A DNA stretch of 64,000 bases from an uncultured Nitrosomonas sp. (GCA_964554625.1 CAZKPL010000001.1:10876-74875), one strand, 5' to 3'. Counted from the first letter of the stretch, positions 19,482 through 30,569 are shown. The notes: generated by a model from the letters alone, not told the origin. Numbers and translations: made by a program.

Positions 19482-21932
19482 TCATTTTCCATGAAACAAT
19501 TGAGTAAGCTCAGGCATGGGCAGAGGCCGGCTAAAATAATAGCCCTGCACCAAATCACAATCGTGTTTTTGCAGAAATTCCAACTGCTGCTTGGTCTCTA
19601 CACCTTCTGCAATTACTTCGAGATCAAGTTTATGAGCAAGTGAAATGCCGGCCTCCACGATAGCCGCATTACCAGAATCGTTCGTGATGTCACGCACAAA
19701 TGTCCGATCGATCTTCAGCGCATCAAGCGGAAAACGCTTCAAATAAGCTAATGAAGAATAACCCGTACCAAAATCATCGATAGCGACCCGGACGCCCAGA
19801 GCATGAATTGCTTCCAGGATTTCAGCTGCGCTGACCGGATCTCGCATCAGGATATTCTCTGTGATCTCCAGTTCAAGTGTTCGCTTGGGCATATGCTCAT
19901 CCTGCAATGCACGCTGTATCTTGTCGAGCAAATCCACATCACTAAATTGTGCAGCAGAAACATTGATGGAAATACGCATGTCATTGAATCCCAATTCACG
20001 CCACTTGCGATGCGCTCTACAGGCCTGGCGCAATACCCATTCACCGACCGGGATGATCATCCCTGATTTCTCCAGATGAGGAATAAAATCTGCTGGAGGC
20101 ACAAGTCCGCGTATTGAGTGTTGCCAGCGAATCAATCCCCCTATCCCAGCAACACGACCACTTCGCAAATCTATCTGTGGCTGATAATGCAGAGCAAATC
20201 CTCCTTGTTCCAGGGCCTGGCGTAAATCTGCTTCCAGCGACACTAACTCATGGCCACGGGCATTCATATCAGAGCCATAAAAACAGTATTGATTGGACCC
20301 ACTCGACTTGGCCCGATACATGGCGGTGTCCGCATGCCGTAACAACTCATCTAGCCGGGTACCATTATGAGGATAGAGAGCGACACCAATACTAAAAGCG
20401 ACATAGACCTCATGGGTCTGGATAATCACGGGATGTTCAAAAGCAATGCGTAGTTTGTTCAGTACATCCAGTATATTTTCCGGGTCATGTAGCTCGCTGA
20501 TCAGGATAATAAATTCATCCCCTCCCAAACGTGCAACCGTATCATTTGCTCGCATGCATCCTTGCAAACGGTGCGCAATCTGTTGCAACAGGATATCGCC
20601 TGCTGTATGCCCCAGGTTATCATTGATCCGCTTGAAGTTATCAAGATCTATAAATAGCACTCCGACACTACTGTCATGCCGCTGCGCATATTTCACTGCT
20701 GATGTAAAGTGATCGCTTAATAAAGAACGGTTTGGTAAATTGGTCAGCCGATCGTGGGTAGCCTGATGCTCCAGCTCGGCCTCAAAACGCTTCCGTTCCG
20801 AGATGTCTCGTGCAATGGTTGATAAATACTCAATGCAATCTCCATCCCTGCCGTGGCCAAGGATTACCTGAGAAATCGGTAGCTCTTTATTTTTGGCAGT
20901 CCGTAACGTGGTTTCTCCATTCCACACCCCGTGCTGCTGAACTGCTGTAAGGACCTGGGAAACTGACTGCTGTGCAGCATCAGTAAAAAATAGATCCCAC
21001 ATGCAATACCTACTGATATCTTCTCCGACATCCAGGCCGAGCAAATGGTGCCCTGATTCATTTAAATAACGTAAATAGCCTTCCAGATCAAAAATAGCTA
21101 CCAGATCAGGCGTCGCATCCAGTATTGCCGTTAGTCGGGCCTGCGCTTCTTCAATCTGCACGCGATCGGTGATGTCTCTACCGGTAGAGACAAAATGAGT
21201 GATGTTTCCCTCTTCATCCTTTAAAGGCGTAATGGTCTCTTCCTCGTAAAACAGCTCCCCAGCCTTGCGCCGATTAATGAAGGTTCCTTTATAACCTTCT
21301 CCACTACTGATGGTTTGCCATAACTGCTCGTAGAAATTGCCATCATGAGTACCAGAATGAAGAATAGCGGGCGTTTTACCTTGAATTTCTTCGGCGCTGT
21401 AACCCGTTAGCTTCTCAAAAGCTGGGTTGACATATTCAATCCGTCCCCTGGGATCGGTGATAAAAACACTGTCTGTTGTCTGGGTTACCACCAAAGAGAG
21501 TTTGCGTAGCAGCTGATCAGCTTGACGATGCTTCCGGCGCTGTTGAGCTTCATGCAGCTCACGATCTACAGTAGGTAATAAACGGCCAAGGTTTCCCTTC
21601 ATGACATAATCTTGAGCGCCACGCCTCATGGCTTCTACTGCAACATCTTCACCAATGGCACCAGAAATGAAGATAAAAGGAATATCAGGATCATGCTGAC
21701 GCACGATCTCCAGCGCACGAGTGCCACTAAATCCAGGCATGGAATAATCCGAAAAGATGATATCCCACGACTCCTGTAATTTCGCCACCACACCTTGTTC
21801 AGTATCCACCCGCTGCCAATCAAACTTAAGCCCTGCCGACTGCAAATAATCCACCAGCAGCAGAGCGTCGTCTTCCGCATCTTCAATAAACAGGAAGTGC
21901 AATGGCGGCCTATGTTCCCGCGTGCTTGACAT
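19482..21932 (-). CDS. Response-regulator receiver - PAS - PAS - GGDEF - EAL hybrid c-di-GMP protein
   Basis: 816 aa. REC domain (FSDYSMPG). PAS boxes (VFITDPRGRIEYVNPAFEKLTGY and DLVAIFDLEGYLRYLN). RAND I-site 5 residues before GGDEF. EAL-domain motifs ELEITEN, DDFGTGYSS, KIDRTF, EGVET, QGYYFSRP. The EAL triplet itself reads GGL. Confidence 0.95.
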   Translation of the reverse strand: MSSTREHRPPLHFLFIEDAEDDALLLVDYLQSAGLKFDWQRVDTEQGVVAKLQESWDIIFSDYSMPGFSGTRALEIVRQHDPDIPFIFISGAIGEDVAVEAMRRGAQDYVMKGNLGRLLPTVDRELHEAQQRRKHRQADQLLRKLSLVVTQTTDSVFITDPRGRIEYVNPAFEKLTGYSAEEIQGKTPAILHSGTHDGNFYEQLWQTISSGEGYKGTFINRRKAGELFYEEETITPLKDEEGNITHFVSTGRDITDRVQIEEAQARLTAILDATPDLVAIFDLEGYLRYLNESGHHLLGLDVGEDISRYCMWDLFFTDAAQQSVSQVLTAVQQHGVWNGETTLRTAKNKELPISQVILGHGRDGDCIEYLSTIARDISERKRFEAELEHQATHDRLTNLPNRSLLSDHFTSAVKYAQRHDSSVGVLFIDLDNFKRINDNLGHTAGDILLQQIAHRLQGCMRANDTVARLGGDEFIILISELHDPENILDVLNKLRIAFEHPVIIQTHEVYVAFSIGVALYPHNGTRLDELLRHADTAMYRAKSSGSNQYCFYGSDMNARGHELVSLEADLRQALEQGGFALHYQPQIDLRSGRVAGIGGLIRWQHSIRGLVPPADFIPHLEKSGMIIPVGEWVLRQACRAHRKWRELGFNDMRISINVSAAQFSDVDLLDKIQRALQDEHMPKRTLELEITENILMRDPVSAAEILEAIHALGVRVAIDDFGTGYSSLAYLKRFPLDALKIDRTFVRDITNDSGNAAIVEAGISLAHKLDLEVIAEGVETKQQLEFLQKHDCDLVQGYYFSRPLPMPELTQLFHGK

Positions 21933-21950
21933 AAATAGCTCCTCTGCTTA

Positions 21951-22400
21951 CTACATACACCGCCGGCCATAGGGATATTCATTCAACCCCAGCCAGTAAA
22001 GCCCAAGCTGCCCAGCCATCTTGATAAAATCATCGAAATCGACCGGTTTACGTACATAGCTGTTGGTACCCAAGGAATAGGCCTTAACTCGATCTTCATC
22101 TTCATTGGACGAAGTCAAGATCACCGTCGGTATTAGGCGTATATGCTCATCTGCACGAATGCGCCGCAATACTTCCAAGCCATCTATCTTGGGTAGTTTA
22201 AGATCCAGCAGCATAAGTACCGGCAGATCGGTGATTTCCCGTTTCGCATACCCCCCCTGTCCGAATAAGTAATCGAGTGCCTCAACGCCATTGCGCGCTA
22301 TCACTACCCTGTTCTTAATTTGGTTTGCTTCCAGCGCATCTATTGTGAGCAATGCATCATCCGGATTATCTTCAACTAGCATGATTACTCTATTACCCAT
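21951..22400 (-). CDS. Single-domain CheY-like response regulator
   Basis: 149 aa. IMLVEDNPDD, LMLLDLKLPKIDG, and a VILTSS...K receiver pattern. Confidence 0.9.
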   Translation of the reverse strand: MGNRVIMLVEDNPDDALLTIDALEANQIKNRVVIARNGVEALDYLFGQGGYAKREITDLPVLMLLDLKLPKIDGLEVLRRIRADEHIRLIPTVILTSSNEDEDRVKAYSLGTNSYVRKPVDFDDFIKMAGQLGLYWLGLNEYPYGRRCM

Positions 22401-22401
22401 T

Positions 22402-24936
22402 TCATTTCCTCCCCTCTAATGTGAAATAAAAAGTCGCTCCCTGATTGATTGTGCTTTCCGCCCAGATGTGTCCGCCATGCTTATGAATCACTCGCTGCAC
22501 TGTCGCCAGCCCGATGCCCGTACCCGGAAATTCATTGGCATCATGCAGACGTTGAAAAACACCGAACAATTTATCCGCATAGGTCATGTCAAATCCGGCG
22601 CCATTATCTCGAACAAAATAAATAACCTTCTCTTCATTCACCTTGCATCCCACCTCAATGAAAGTCTCTTGGCGGTAAGCGGTAAATTTCCAGGCATTAC
22701 CCAGCAGATTATCCATCATGATACGCAGCAATTGCGTATCGCCATGAGCAAACAAATCAGGCTGAACTACACACTGCACAGCCCGCTCGGGCGCTTCCTG
22801 CCGCAGGGTGTCTAATACTTTATTTGCGATCTGCGTCAAGCTGACAACTTCCCATTTAAGCTCTTTGCGGGTAACGCGCGACAAATTGAGTAAATCATCG
22901 ATGAGCTCTGCCATACGCTGAGCAGCCGCCCGTATCCGTTGGAGTCGATCACGCCCCTTATCATCCAAGCGATCGGCATACTCATCAAGTAATGCGCGAC
23001 TGAAGCCATCCATAGCCCGCAATGGCGCACGTAAATCGTGAGAAACAGAATAACTGAATGCTTCCAGTTCATGATTGATCGTTTCCAGTTCCTTGGAGCG
23101 GGCTCTCAGACTATCATTCAATTGCTGAATCTGGCGCTCGTTCTCCTTGCGCACGCTGATGTCTTCTATAACGCCGTCGAAATAGATTTCACCGGTCTCA
23201 TCTTTCCGCATCGCAACAGTTAACGCAGCATAAAACTCTCGTCCTTTCAAAGTCCTCAGCAGCAACTCTTCACTTTTTGCATAGCCCTGGGATGTGACTT
23301 TATCAATAAAAGCCTTACGATCGGCAAGATCGCAATATGATTCACTAAAGCGATGCGTAAGAAGCTGCTCGGCCGATTCCGCCTCAAAGATACCGACCAT
23401 GGCCTGGTTCACTTCAAGAAACCTGCCGTAAGTATCAGGCTGATTGACGAAAACGCCTACAGGCAAATTATTCATCAGCTCATGATAGCGCACCTCCACT
23501 CGCCGCCGCGCTTCTTCCGCTTGCTTACGCGCGGAAATATCACGAATGATGCTGATAACCAACGGTCCTTGATCTGTCTCGAATGGACTCGAGCTGATTT
23601 CTATCGGAAATTCACTACCACCCTTGCGTCTCCCGTATAGCTCTGACTCCGCTGTTGATCCAGCAGTATATTGCTCCCAACCACTGGGATGCTCCTTACG
23701 AAACCGTTCTGGCACTAGCTGATCCACTGGTTGGCCCAGCAATTCGTTACGGTTATAGCCAAACCATTTCTCGGTCTGTGCATTAATCAAGGCAATACGG
23801 TCATTCTGATCAACAATGACAATGGCTTCTGGTGCTGACTCAAGTAATCTACGAAATTGAGCTTCACTGGCTTGCACCCTCTTCTCAGCCTGCCGGCGAC
23901 GTACCGCGTAATAGGCGATGGCTCCACTTAACAGCAACAGTAATAACGTGAGCTCAATAAATGCGAAACTTAGATTACGGACGTTTTCAGCAGTACTTGC
24001 AGCCAAAATTGATGGGGAGATTTGAGAAACTAAAATCCAGTCCTCGTCGCCTCTGCTATTTGACAATTCTGCCGGTTTAACCTTGATGTAGGTAAACAGT
24101 CCCTTTTCATGCATCCATTGGCCAACCTGAGTATCATGCAGAATGGACAACCACACCTCCTCACCAAATTCATGATCAAAGCGCAATGTTTGCCGATCCG
24201 GGTACATAAAACCCCATTCCACTTCCGGGCGCGGCCCGAGTAACCAGTATCCCTTCTCATTAAGCAGCCATAGGTTACCCAGGCTTAGTTCAGAAATCTC
24301 GCGCAGATGATTTAGTAACCTCTTCCCGTGGTAGTTAAGGACAATGAGACCGCGTTTCTGGTTTTTGCTGTCGAATACCGGCGCGCTGAGACGTATTAGT
24401 GGTTTGATCGGCTGTTTGATAATACCCTGCTCGATACTGAGATCAAACGGCGATATGAGAACAGTTTTTTCATCCAGGGCAAGCGTATTCCGCACATAGT
24501 AGCGCTCTGACCTGTTTTCTAACTGCTCCATTGGCATGATCATCGGCTGACCTTCATTCAGGTCGATACGCACCATCTCCTCCCCGTGCTCGTCCAGGAA
24601 ACGAACCTGATCATAGAGTTGGCGGTGCTGCGCGAAAGCTAGAAAATCTGCAGCAAGATGTAATCGCGCTACGGAATTGCCAGTATCAAGCCATTGCTGC
24701 AGTGACGAAAGCTCTGCGAGATAAAGCGCATCATTCCGTAGCATCCCCAATTTAGCTTCGATGGTTTGTTCGCCAAGCTGAATGGACAGCCGCTCGTTCG
24801 CTTGCATGATCTCCATGGCTGCATCTTCTTGGGTACGAAAAAGAATCCATAGTACAATAGCCAGCAATAAAACAAGTGGGATGCATAGGTACAGGAAATA
24901 TTGTATAAACTGATAAATTCCTCTATATGGTCTCAT
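22402..24936 (-). CDS. Membrane sensor histidine kinase (periplasmic sensor domain, two PAS, HisKA, HATPase_c)
   Basis: 844 aa. Two TM segments flank an extracytoplasmic domain of about 280 aa. H-box FSYSVSHDLRAPLR, N-box LLGNAWKF, and G-boxes DNGAGFD and GTGIGLA. Confidence 0.95.
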   Translation of the reverse strand: MRPYRGIYQFIQYFLYLCIPLVLLLAIVLWILFRTQEDAAMEIMQANERLSIQLGEQTIEAKLGMLRNDALYLAELSSLQQWLDTGNSVARLHLAADFLAFAQHRQLYDQVRFLDEHGEEMVRIDLNEGQPMIMPMEQLENRSERYYVRNTLALDEKTVLISPFDLSIEQGIIKQPIKPLIRLSAPVFDSKNQKRGLIVLNYHGKRLLNHLREISELSLGNLWLLNEKGYWLLGPRPEVEWGFMYPDRQTLRFDHEFGEEVWLSILHDTQVGQWMHEKGLFTYIKVKPAELSNSRGDEDWILVSQISPSILAASTAENVRNLSFAFIELTLLLLLLSGAIAYYAVRRRQAEKRVQASEAQFRRLLESAPEAIVIVDQNDRIALINAQTEKWFGYNRNELLGQPVDQLVPERFRKEHPSGWEQYTAGSTAESELYGRRKGGSEFPIEISSSPFETDQGPLVISIIRDISARKQAEEARRRVEVRYHELMNNLPVGVFVNQPDTYGRFLEVNQAMVGIFEAESAEQLLTHRFSESYCDLADRKAFIDKVTSQGYAKSEELLLRTLKGREFYAALTVAMRKDETGEIYFDGVIEDISVRKENERQIQQLNDSLRARSKELETINHELEAFSYSVSHDLRAPLRAMDGFSRALLDEYADRLDDKGRDRLQRIRAAAQRMAELIDDLLNLSRVTRKELKWEVVSLTQIANKVLDTLRQEAPERAVQCVVQPDLFAHGDTQLLRIMMDNLLGNAWKFTAYRQETFIEVGCKVNEEKVIYFVRDNGAGFDMTYADKLFGVFQRLHDANEFPGTGIGLATVQRVIHKHGGHIWAESTINQGATFYFTLEGRK

Positions 24937-25249
24937 TCATATCCTTTTTTATCAGCTCGATATCCAGGCGGACTCATCATTGCCTATCGAAAAAGAATAT
25001 CCATCGAGCACGACACCTCAGCACTGCCGGGCAATTCGGCACCAGGAAATAGCGAGCAAATACAAGCTGACACTTCTCATCAATATGAGTGAGGATTAAT
25101 AGCAGATATAGCAGTCTAATTGCTCCACGGGTAGTGTCATTAGTAGCAGACTCTTACTATGAGTAATAAAAAAAACCAAGTCAAGAAAAGACGAAAAAAT
25201 ATATCTAAAGTTCAACGCCAATCGCTCTTTTCTATACCCACTCACACAC

Positions 25250-28200
25250 TTATTCAGATATTCCCTTACTTGCCCGATAAAGATGGACATCCAGTTGCGG
25301 AAATGCGATGTTAATTTTTTCTTCAGCAAATCGACGATTAATTTCCATATTCAAATCATGCGTGAGGTTCAATCGATCCGAAAGCTGACCCACATAGACT
25401 CTCAACTCAAAATTTAACGAGCTTGCACCAAATCCCAGAAATAAGGCAACAGGTTCCGGGTCACGCAGAACCGATGGATGATTCCGGGCAACTTCTAACA
25501 GTAATGATTCAGCCTTATCACAGTCCGATCCATAAGCAATGCCCACGGGTATCTGGATACGGGTAATCTGATCACTTAATGCCCAATTTATCAATTGCTG
25601 CGTAATAAATGTTTTATTGGGCACGACGACTTCCTTGTGATCCGGATCAATCAAGGTCGTCGCACGAATATTAATCTTGCTGACTGTACCAGTCACATTG
25701 TTCAATGTGACAAGATCGCCTATTCTGATAGGGCGTTCAAATAGAAGAATCAATCCTGATACAAAATTGGCCACAATCTCTTGTAGACCAAACCCCAGTC
25801 CGACACTAAGTGCTGCAACGAGCCATTGGATATTGGACCATTCCATACCGAGCATCTGGAATGTAATCATCACACCAATGATAATAATGGTATACCTGAG
25901 AAGCGTAGTCACAGCGTAGCCGGTACCTGTATTCAGGGATAAATGCTGGAGAACCAGGAGCTCCAGGGTACCCGGCAGATTATGAGCCGCCACAATGGCC
26001 AGGCTCAGAATAATTAACGCCACCAATAATGTTTCCAGCGTAATCAGTCGCACGACCGTTTCGCCCTCGCTCATCGTTGAGGTTCGCCAGACAACGATAT
26101 TCTCAAGAAACCCCAGTGCCGGCAGCATTTCCAGCCAGATAACACTTAAGCCGCCAATCAACAATCCCCACACACTTATTTTTAATAAGGTAGCCGACTG
26201 TGTGCTGATTGATTTGATATCAATGTAGTTATCATCCACAAACTCAGTTTCACTTTTTCCTGCAGTTGCGCGTAGAGCAAGCATTTCTTCCCGCTTGGCA
26301 ATTGCTCTTCTAAAAGCAATCCTACGTTGGGTAATTAATAAACTGCGGTAGCCCAGGAAAAAAACCAGACTACAAAATATTATTAGCGTAGCTGACTGGA
26401 AAATCAGAATACTCTGGTACAAGGCGGCGAAGTAATACCCCCATGCTGCCATGACAATCATGTACAACTGCTGCACTAAAAGAAGGGACATCCACAGCTT
26501 GGGATTTTGAATTAAAGTAAAACATTTTCCTTGATAAAGATCCTTTCCAGGACGAGTTACAGCCATCCAGCCTAAAGCAAATATTGCCAGCAGTATGCAT
26601 AACAGGATAAAAGCGATCCTTCCCACAGTGTTGCGGACGACATCGTCCGTAAGCGCATCTGTAAAAGCAATGATGACACTTAGTACAAGTATGGCCGGCG
26701 TATAGTATTTAATATCCCGGTACATTTTATCTACCATATCCGCATGACACCGGAACTGGTTAACGAGCAGGCCGTCTGGCCGGAAAATCTGAAGCAGGAA
26801 ACTCCAGAAAAAAACCGTGATAGCTGCGACATAAAAAGTAAGCGAAAGTGCACGGCTCATTTCCGTATTCATACTATGTTGCAAAACCTGATGGATCAGC
26901 AAAAATGGCAAGAAAACAATTGAAGATTGGATGATGACGAACAGCAGCATGCCAACAGGATAGCGTGCCTTATCCTGATTGACTTTTCCCCAGGCTTCTT
27001 TACCGATTTCTTCCCACTGCAAATAGCGAGGCCAATAAATCTGCCTAAAAATCACTCCGATCATTAAGGAGAAAGCCAGGACAGCCAAAACTGGCAACCA
27101 TGTCTTGTCGATAACCTTTACTAGCGCAGTTTTCGTCTTACTGGAAACGAACCAGGCGATTGCAGCGTTGAGATCAGCCGTTATATCGGCTAGTTGCACA
27201 TTGATTGGTTTGGCGCTGCGGGTAATCAGCAAATTTTCTTTGAGTAGAAGCTCATACTGATTGATTTTTTCAATCAATTGATTTTGAATTGAAGCATTAA
27301 GCTCTAACTCCTTGATGTAGGAATGCAGTATCTCCAGAAATTGATTGATGACATGCAGACGGGAATTTTTAAGCTCCTGGAACGCCTCCGTTAAACCCTG
27401 ATAAGAGAGTGCTTGATCATCGATAACATGGCCTTCAGTCACTCTTTTGAAATAGCTCTTATCATTCATCATTTCCCGCTTCTCTTGCTCAAGCAGAAAC
27501 AACTCCAGTTTTGCACTACTCAACAATTTTTGCGTCTGTCCGACATTAGGCCTTAACAGCATTTGCTTAAATTGCTTTCTAATCTCTGTTCCTAACGCAT
27601 CATCTTCTTCTTGAAATTCCAGCCTTTGCTGGAGCGTCACGTAGTTCTTCGTAATAAGACTGAGCTGGTTTTCATGACGTGTTTTTTGCACCATCAACTT
27701 AGCTGCACGCGCAGCATAGTCACTGAGTTTGGCGGCGAGCCCCTCATTATCTTTAATCATCATGAGTAGTGCTGGATGCTGCCACTTGCCCTCTCCCGGT
27801 AACAGTCCAGACCTCTCAACAAGCTCTTCTGTCTCGGTTTTTCTTTTCAGGCTAATTTGCTTAGTTAGCCACTCGACTTTCTGCACCAGTATTTGAATCT
27901 CTGGTTTTAGCACGAACTCTTCCTGCAGCGTGGCAATTTCAATGGCATTAGGAAGCGTTAACGCTTCCAGCTCCAGCATGCGAATCTTATCTGCCAGCGC
28001 TTGGCTTTGATATTCCTGGAAAATCTTTAGCGCATCCATAATCTTTTCATCAGGAACGTCCGTCAGCGAAGGTAACAGTGATTTTTCTGTCAGCGCTTTG
28101 CGTGCATTGTTTGTTGCAACCAATTCCTCACTAATATTAATGGCACGTTGACGAAGTATTGCAATTTCTGAGATCAGTTTCTGCTGCTGATTTTGTAATT

Positions 28201-28624
28201 CTGATAACTTCGCCTGAATAGTGATATATCGCTGCTCCATTTCGCTTAAAGATAAGCCTGTCAATTCTGCGACATCAGATGTGGCAGGGACAGTTTTATT
28301 CTTCTGCTTTCTAAGTGTCTCGAGCTGTTGTGGATATTTATTCAGTTGCTGCGAATAAAGCTGGGTTTTATTAAGGTATTCCTGATGATCAAGCAATACC
28401 TGTTGGGTGTTGAGATAAATTTCTTTAAGTTTCTTTTTTTGCGGTGTCTCTTCACCATTATTCAGTGTCTCAAGCTTAGCCTGGACTGATTGAAGTTGGC
28501 TAGCGAGTTCTTTCGCTTGGCTATACTCAGTACCGGTTACGATCCAAAATAAGAAAAAGATGATAGAGAGTAGTTTGATCATGCGTATTCGTTTCAATAA
28601 AACAACAATGGATTTGAACATCAT
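25250..28624 (-). CDS. MscK/KefA-type large mechanosensitive channel
   Basis: 1124 aa. Signal/anchor, a long Gln/Leu-rich coiled-coil periplasmic domain, about 11 TM segments, and a C-terminal MscS core (GLGFGLQEIVANFVSGLILLFERPIRIGD). Start ambiguous: M1 or M15. Confidence 0.9.
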   Translation of the reverse strand: MMFKSIVVLLKRIRMIKLLSIIFFLFWIVTGTEYSQAKELASQLQSVQAKLETLNNGEETPQKKKLKEIYLNTQQVLLDHQEYLNKTQLYSQQLNKYPQQLETLRKQKNKTVPATSDVAELTGLSLSEMEQRYITIQAKLSELQNQQQKLISEIAILRQRAINISEELVATNNARKALTEKSLLPSLTDVPDEKIMDALKIFQEYQSQALADKIRMLELEALTLPNAIEIATLQEEFVLKPEIQILVQKVEWLTKQISLKRKTETEELVERSGLLPGEGKWQHPALLMMIKDNEGLAAKLSDYAARAAKLMVQKTRHENQLSLITKNYVTLQQRLEFQEEDDALGTEIRKQFKQMLLRPNVGQTQKLLSSAKLELFLLEQEKREMMNDKSYFKRVTEGHVIDDQALSYQGLTEAFQELKNSRLHVINQFLEILHSYIKELELNASIQNQLIEKINQYELLLKENLLITRSAKPINVQLADITADLNAAIAWFVSSKTKTALVKVIDKTWLPVLAVLAFSLMIGVIFRQIYWPRYLQWEEIGKEAWGKVNQDKARYPVGMLLFVIIQSSIVFLPFLLIHQVLQHSMNTEMSRALSLTFYVAAITVFFWSFLLQIFRPDGLLVNQFRCHADMVDKMYRDIKYYTPAILVLSVIIAFTDALTDDVVRNTVGRIAFILLCILLAIFALGWMAVTRPGKDLYQGKCFTLIQNPKLWMSLLLVQQLYMIVMAAWGYYFAALYQSILIFQSATLIIFCSLVFFLGYRSLLITQRRIAFRRAIAKREEMLALRATAGKSETEFVDDNYIDIKSISTQSATLLKISVWGLLIGGLSVIWLEMLPALGFLENIVVWRTSTMSEGETVVRLITLETLLVALIILSLAIVAAHNLPGTLELLVLQHLSLNTGTGYAVTTLLRYTIIIIGVMITFQMLGMEWSNIQWLVAALSVGLGFGLQEIVANFVSGLILLFERPIRIGDLVTLNNVTGTVSKINIRATTLIDPDHKEVVVPNKTFITQQLINWALSDQITRIQIPVGIAYGSDCDKAESLLLEVARNHPSVLRDPEPVALFLGFGASSLNFELRVYVGQLSDRLNLTHDLNMEINRRFAEEKINIAFPQLDVHLYRASKGISE

Positions 28625-28803
28625 GCTGACTCAGCATCCCAAGATTTCTATCAAACCAGAAATCTTAAGAAGACGCCTCAAAGCAACCGCTGCAAACTTA
28701 TATATCTAGCTAGCGGTGCGAGTAAAGAAACATGAGAAAAAGGTAAATACATAATTAAAAGCAGCCCTGTTACGTCACGTAGCATTCTCGAAACCCGGCA
28801 CAC

Positions 28804-29616
28804 CTAATCGTTTTTTACTTTTATAGTTGGCTTATTTGTGCTGCTTACACATTGCTGATCTGAAGCCGGATTAGCCGGCTTACTTGATAAACCAGCAAGA
28901 AATATACCCAATTCGTACAGCAAATAAAGAGGGATAGCCAGCAGAAACTGCGAAACCACATCAGGAGGCGTAAAGATCGCACCTATCACAAATGCGCCTA
29001 CCAGAACATAATGACGCACTTGTCTCATTTTTTCCAGCGAGATAACGCCTGTTCGAGCCAGCACTACGACGAATACAGGGACTTCAAAGGTAATGCCGAA
29101 GGTTAGAAACATCGTGAGGACAAAACCAAGATATTCGCCGATATCGGTCATGACTGCCACTCCTTCAGGAGCGAAATAAATAATAAACTCAAATACCAGG
29201 GGCAACGCGGCAAAATAAGCAAATGCCATGCCGATGAAAAATAATAAGCTGCTGCCGATAACGAGGGGCAGAAACAGACGCTTTTCATGAGAATACAGAC
29301 CGGGCGCCACAAAGGCCCAGATCTGATAAAGCGTATGCGGCAAGGTCATCACAAACGCTGTCATCAGCGCCACTTGCATGGGTATAAAAAAAGGCGTGGC
29401 TACTGCTGTGGCAATCATCTGTCCACCTAATGGAAGCTTCTCCAACAAAGGCTGAGCCAGTATTGTGTAAAGATCGCGTGCGAAATAGGCACAAGGCATA
29501 AAACCAAGCACCAACACCAAAAATACACGAATCAACCTGGTACGCAATTCCACCAGATGTGAAATAAAGGTATTCTCCTCATTCATCCTGGATTCCTCAA
29601 TTGGGTGAGATGGCAT
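28804..29616 (-). CDS. tatC: Twin-arginine translocase subunit TatC
   Basis: 270 aa. ISHLVELRTRL opening and a six-TM pattern. Confidence 0.95.
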   Translation of the reverse strand: MPSHPIEESRMNEENTFISHLVELRTRLIRVFLVLVLGFMPCAYFARDLYTILAQPLLEKLPLGGQMIATAVATPFFIPMQVALMTAFVMTLPHTLYQIWAFVAPGLYSHEKRLFLPLVIGSSLLFFIGMAFAYFAALPLVFEFIIYFAPEGVAVMTDIGEYLGFVLTMFLTFGITFEVPVFVVVLARTGVISLEKMRQVRHYVLVGAFVIGAIFTPPDVVSQFLLAIPLYLLYELGIFLAGLSSKPANPASDQQCVSSTNKPTIKVKND

Positions 29617-29777
29617 GTGAAATTTATAGGAAAGATTGAAATATTCATAATGTTAACGCTCGAATGAGTCATCAACTGAGGAATCCAGGGATTATACATT
29701 CATGATGAATCAGACTGGGTGAATAGACATTGTCAAGCTTGCCAGAATGAAGCAATCAATAAAAAGTGTAATGTTTT

Positions 29778-30191
29778 TTAGGGCACGGTGCTGTTTTTAT
29801 TTGATTCTGAGGTCTGTTGTGGCAAGGAAGACTGACTCTGAACAACAAGTGTATTTTCTGTAGAAGCACTCATTTGCTCTAGTTCGGACGGCACAGTTTT
29901 TTTTGTTTTTTCTGCTGCACTCAAATCTGCAGCTGCCTGTATTTGATCAAATTCCTTCCTCATTGATTGCTCGATGGAGTATGTCGTTTCCTGTACGGAA
30001 CTTTTTAAACGCCTTAATTCATCGAGCTCTATTTCGTGCCGGATATCATTCTTGACATTATCGACATACCGTCGCACGCGTCCAAGCAGATGCCCTATTG
30101 TACGCGCTACTTGAGGAAGACGTTCTGGTCCGATCACGATCAGCGCCACAATTAAAATGACGAGCATTTCTGCAAAGCTGATATCAAACAT
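29778..30191 (-). CDS. tatB: Twin-arginine translocase subunit TatB
   Basis: 137 aa. MFDISFAEMLVILIVALIVIGPERLP. Confidence 0.9.
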   Translation of the reverse strand: MFDISFAEMLVILIVALIVIGPERLPQVARTIGHLLGRVRRYVDNVKNDIRHEIELDELRRLKSSVQETTYSIEQSMRKEFDQIQAAADLSAAEKTKKTVPSELEQMSASTENTLVVQSQSSLPQQTSESNKNSTVP

Positions 30192-30314
30192 ATCTCATTC
30201 CCCCTAACGATACTCCTCTTCCGCAGGAGCAATACCGGAAGGAATCGCTAATTGGCATTCCTTCATTGATAATAGTTTCACTGATATTGCCTGCCTTATG
30301 GCGGCACAGTGATA

Positions 30315-30548
30315 TTATAGCCTCGTCTCGTTTTTCTCTTTGACTCCTGCTTCGACAGAGTGGCTGGTGATTTGCTGAGACTGAGAAGGGGGAGGAGCAT
30401 TATCCTCCTCGGCACCTTTCATGCCTTCCTTGAATCCTCTAACCGCATTACCAAGATCGCTGCCCAGATTCCGAAGCTTTTTTGTGCCAAAAACCAGAAC
30501 GATAATCGCCAGTACTATCAGCCAATGCCAAATGCTAAATGTTCCCAT
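30315..30548 (-). CDS. tatA: Twin-arginine translocase subunit TatA
   Basis: 77 aa. [29 protein letters not shown]. Confidence 0.9.
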   Translation of the reverse strand: MGTFSIWHWLIVLAIIVLVFGTKKLRNLGSDLGNAVRGFKEGMKGAEEDNAPPPSQSQQITSHSVEAGVKEKNETRL

Positions 30549-30569
30549 TGTTTACCCCTCGCTCAATGT

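Noticed and set aside
25096-25329. 77 aa minus-strand ORF downstream of, and overlapping, the MscK-like gene end.
   Set aside because: It overlaps the conserved C-terminus of the channel gene in another frame. It is AT-rich low-complexity with no RBS.
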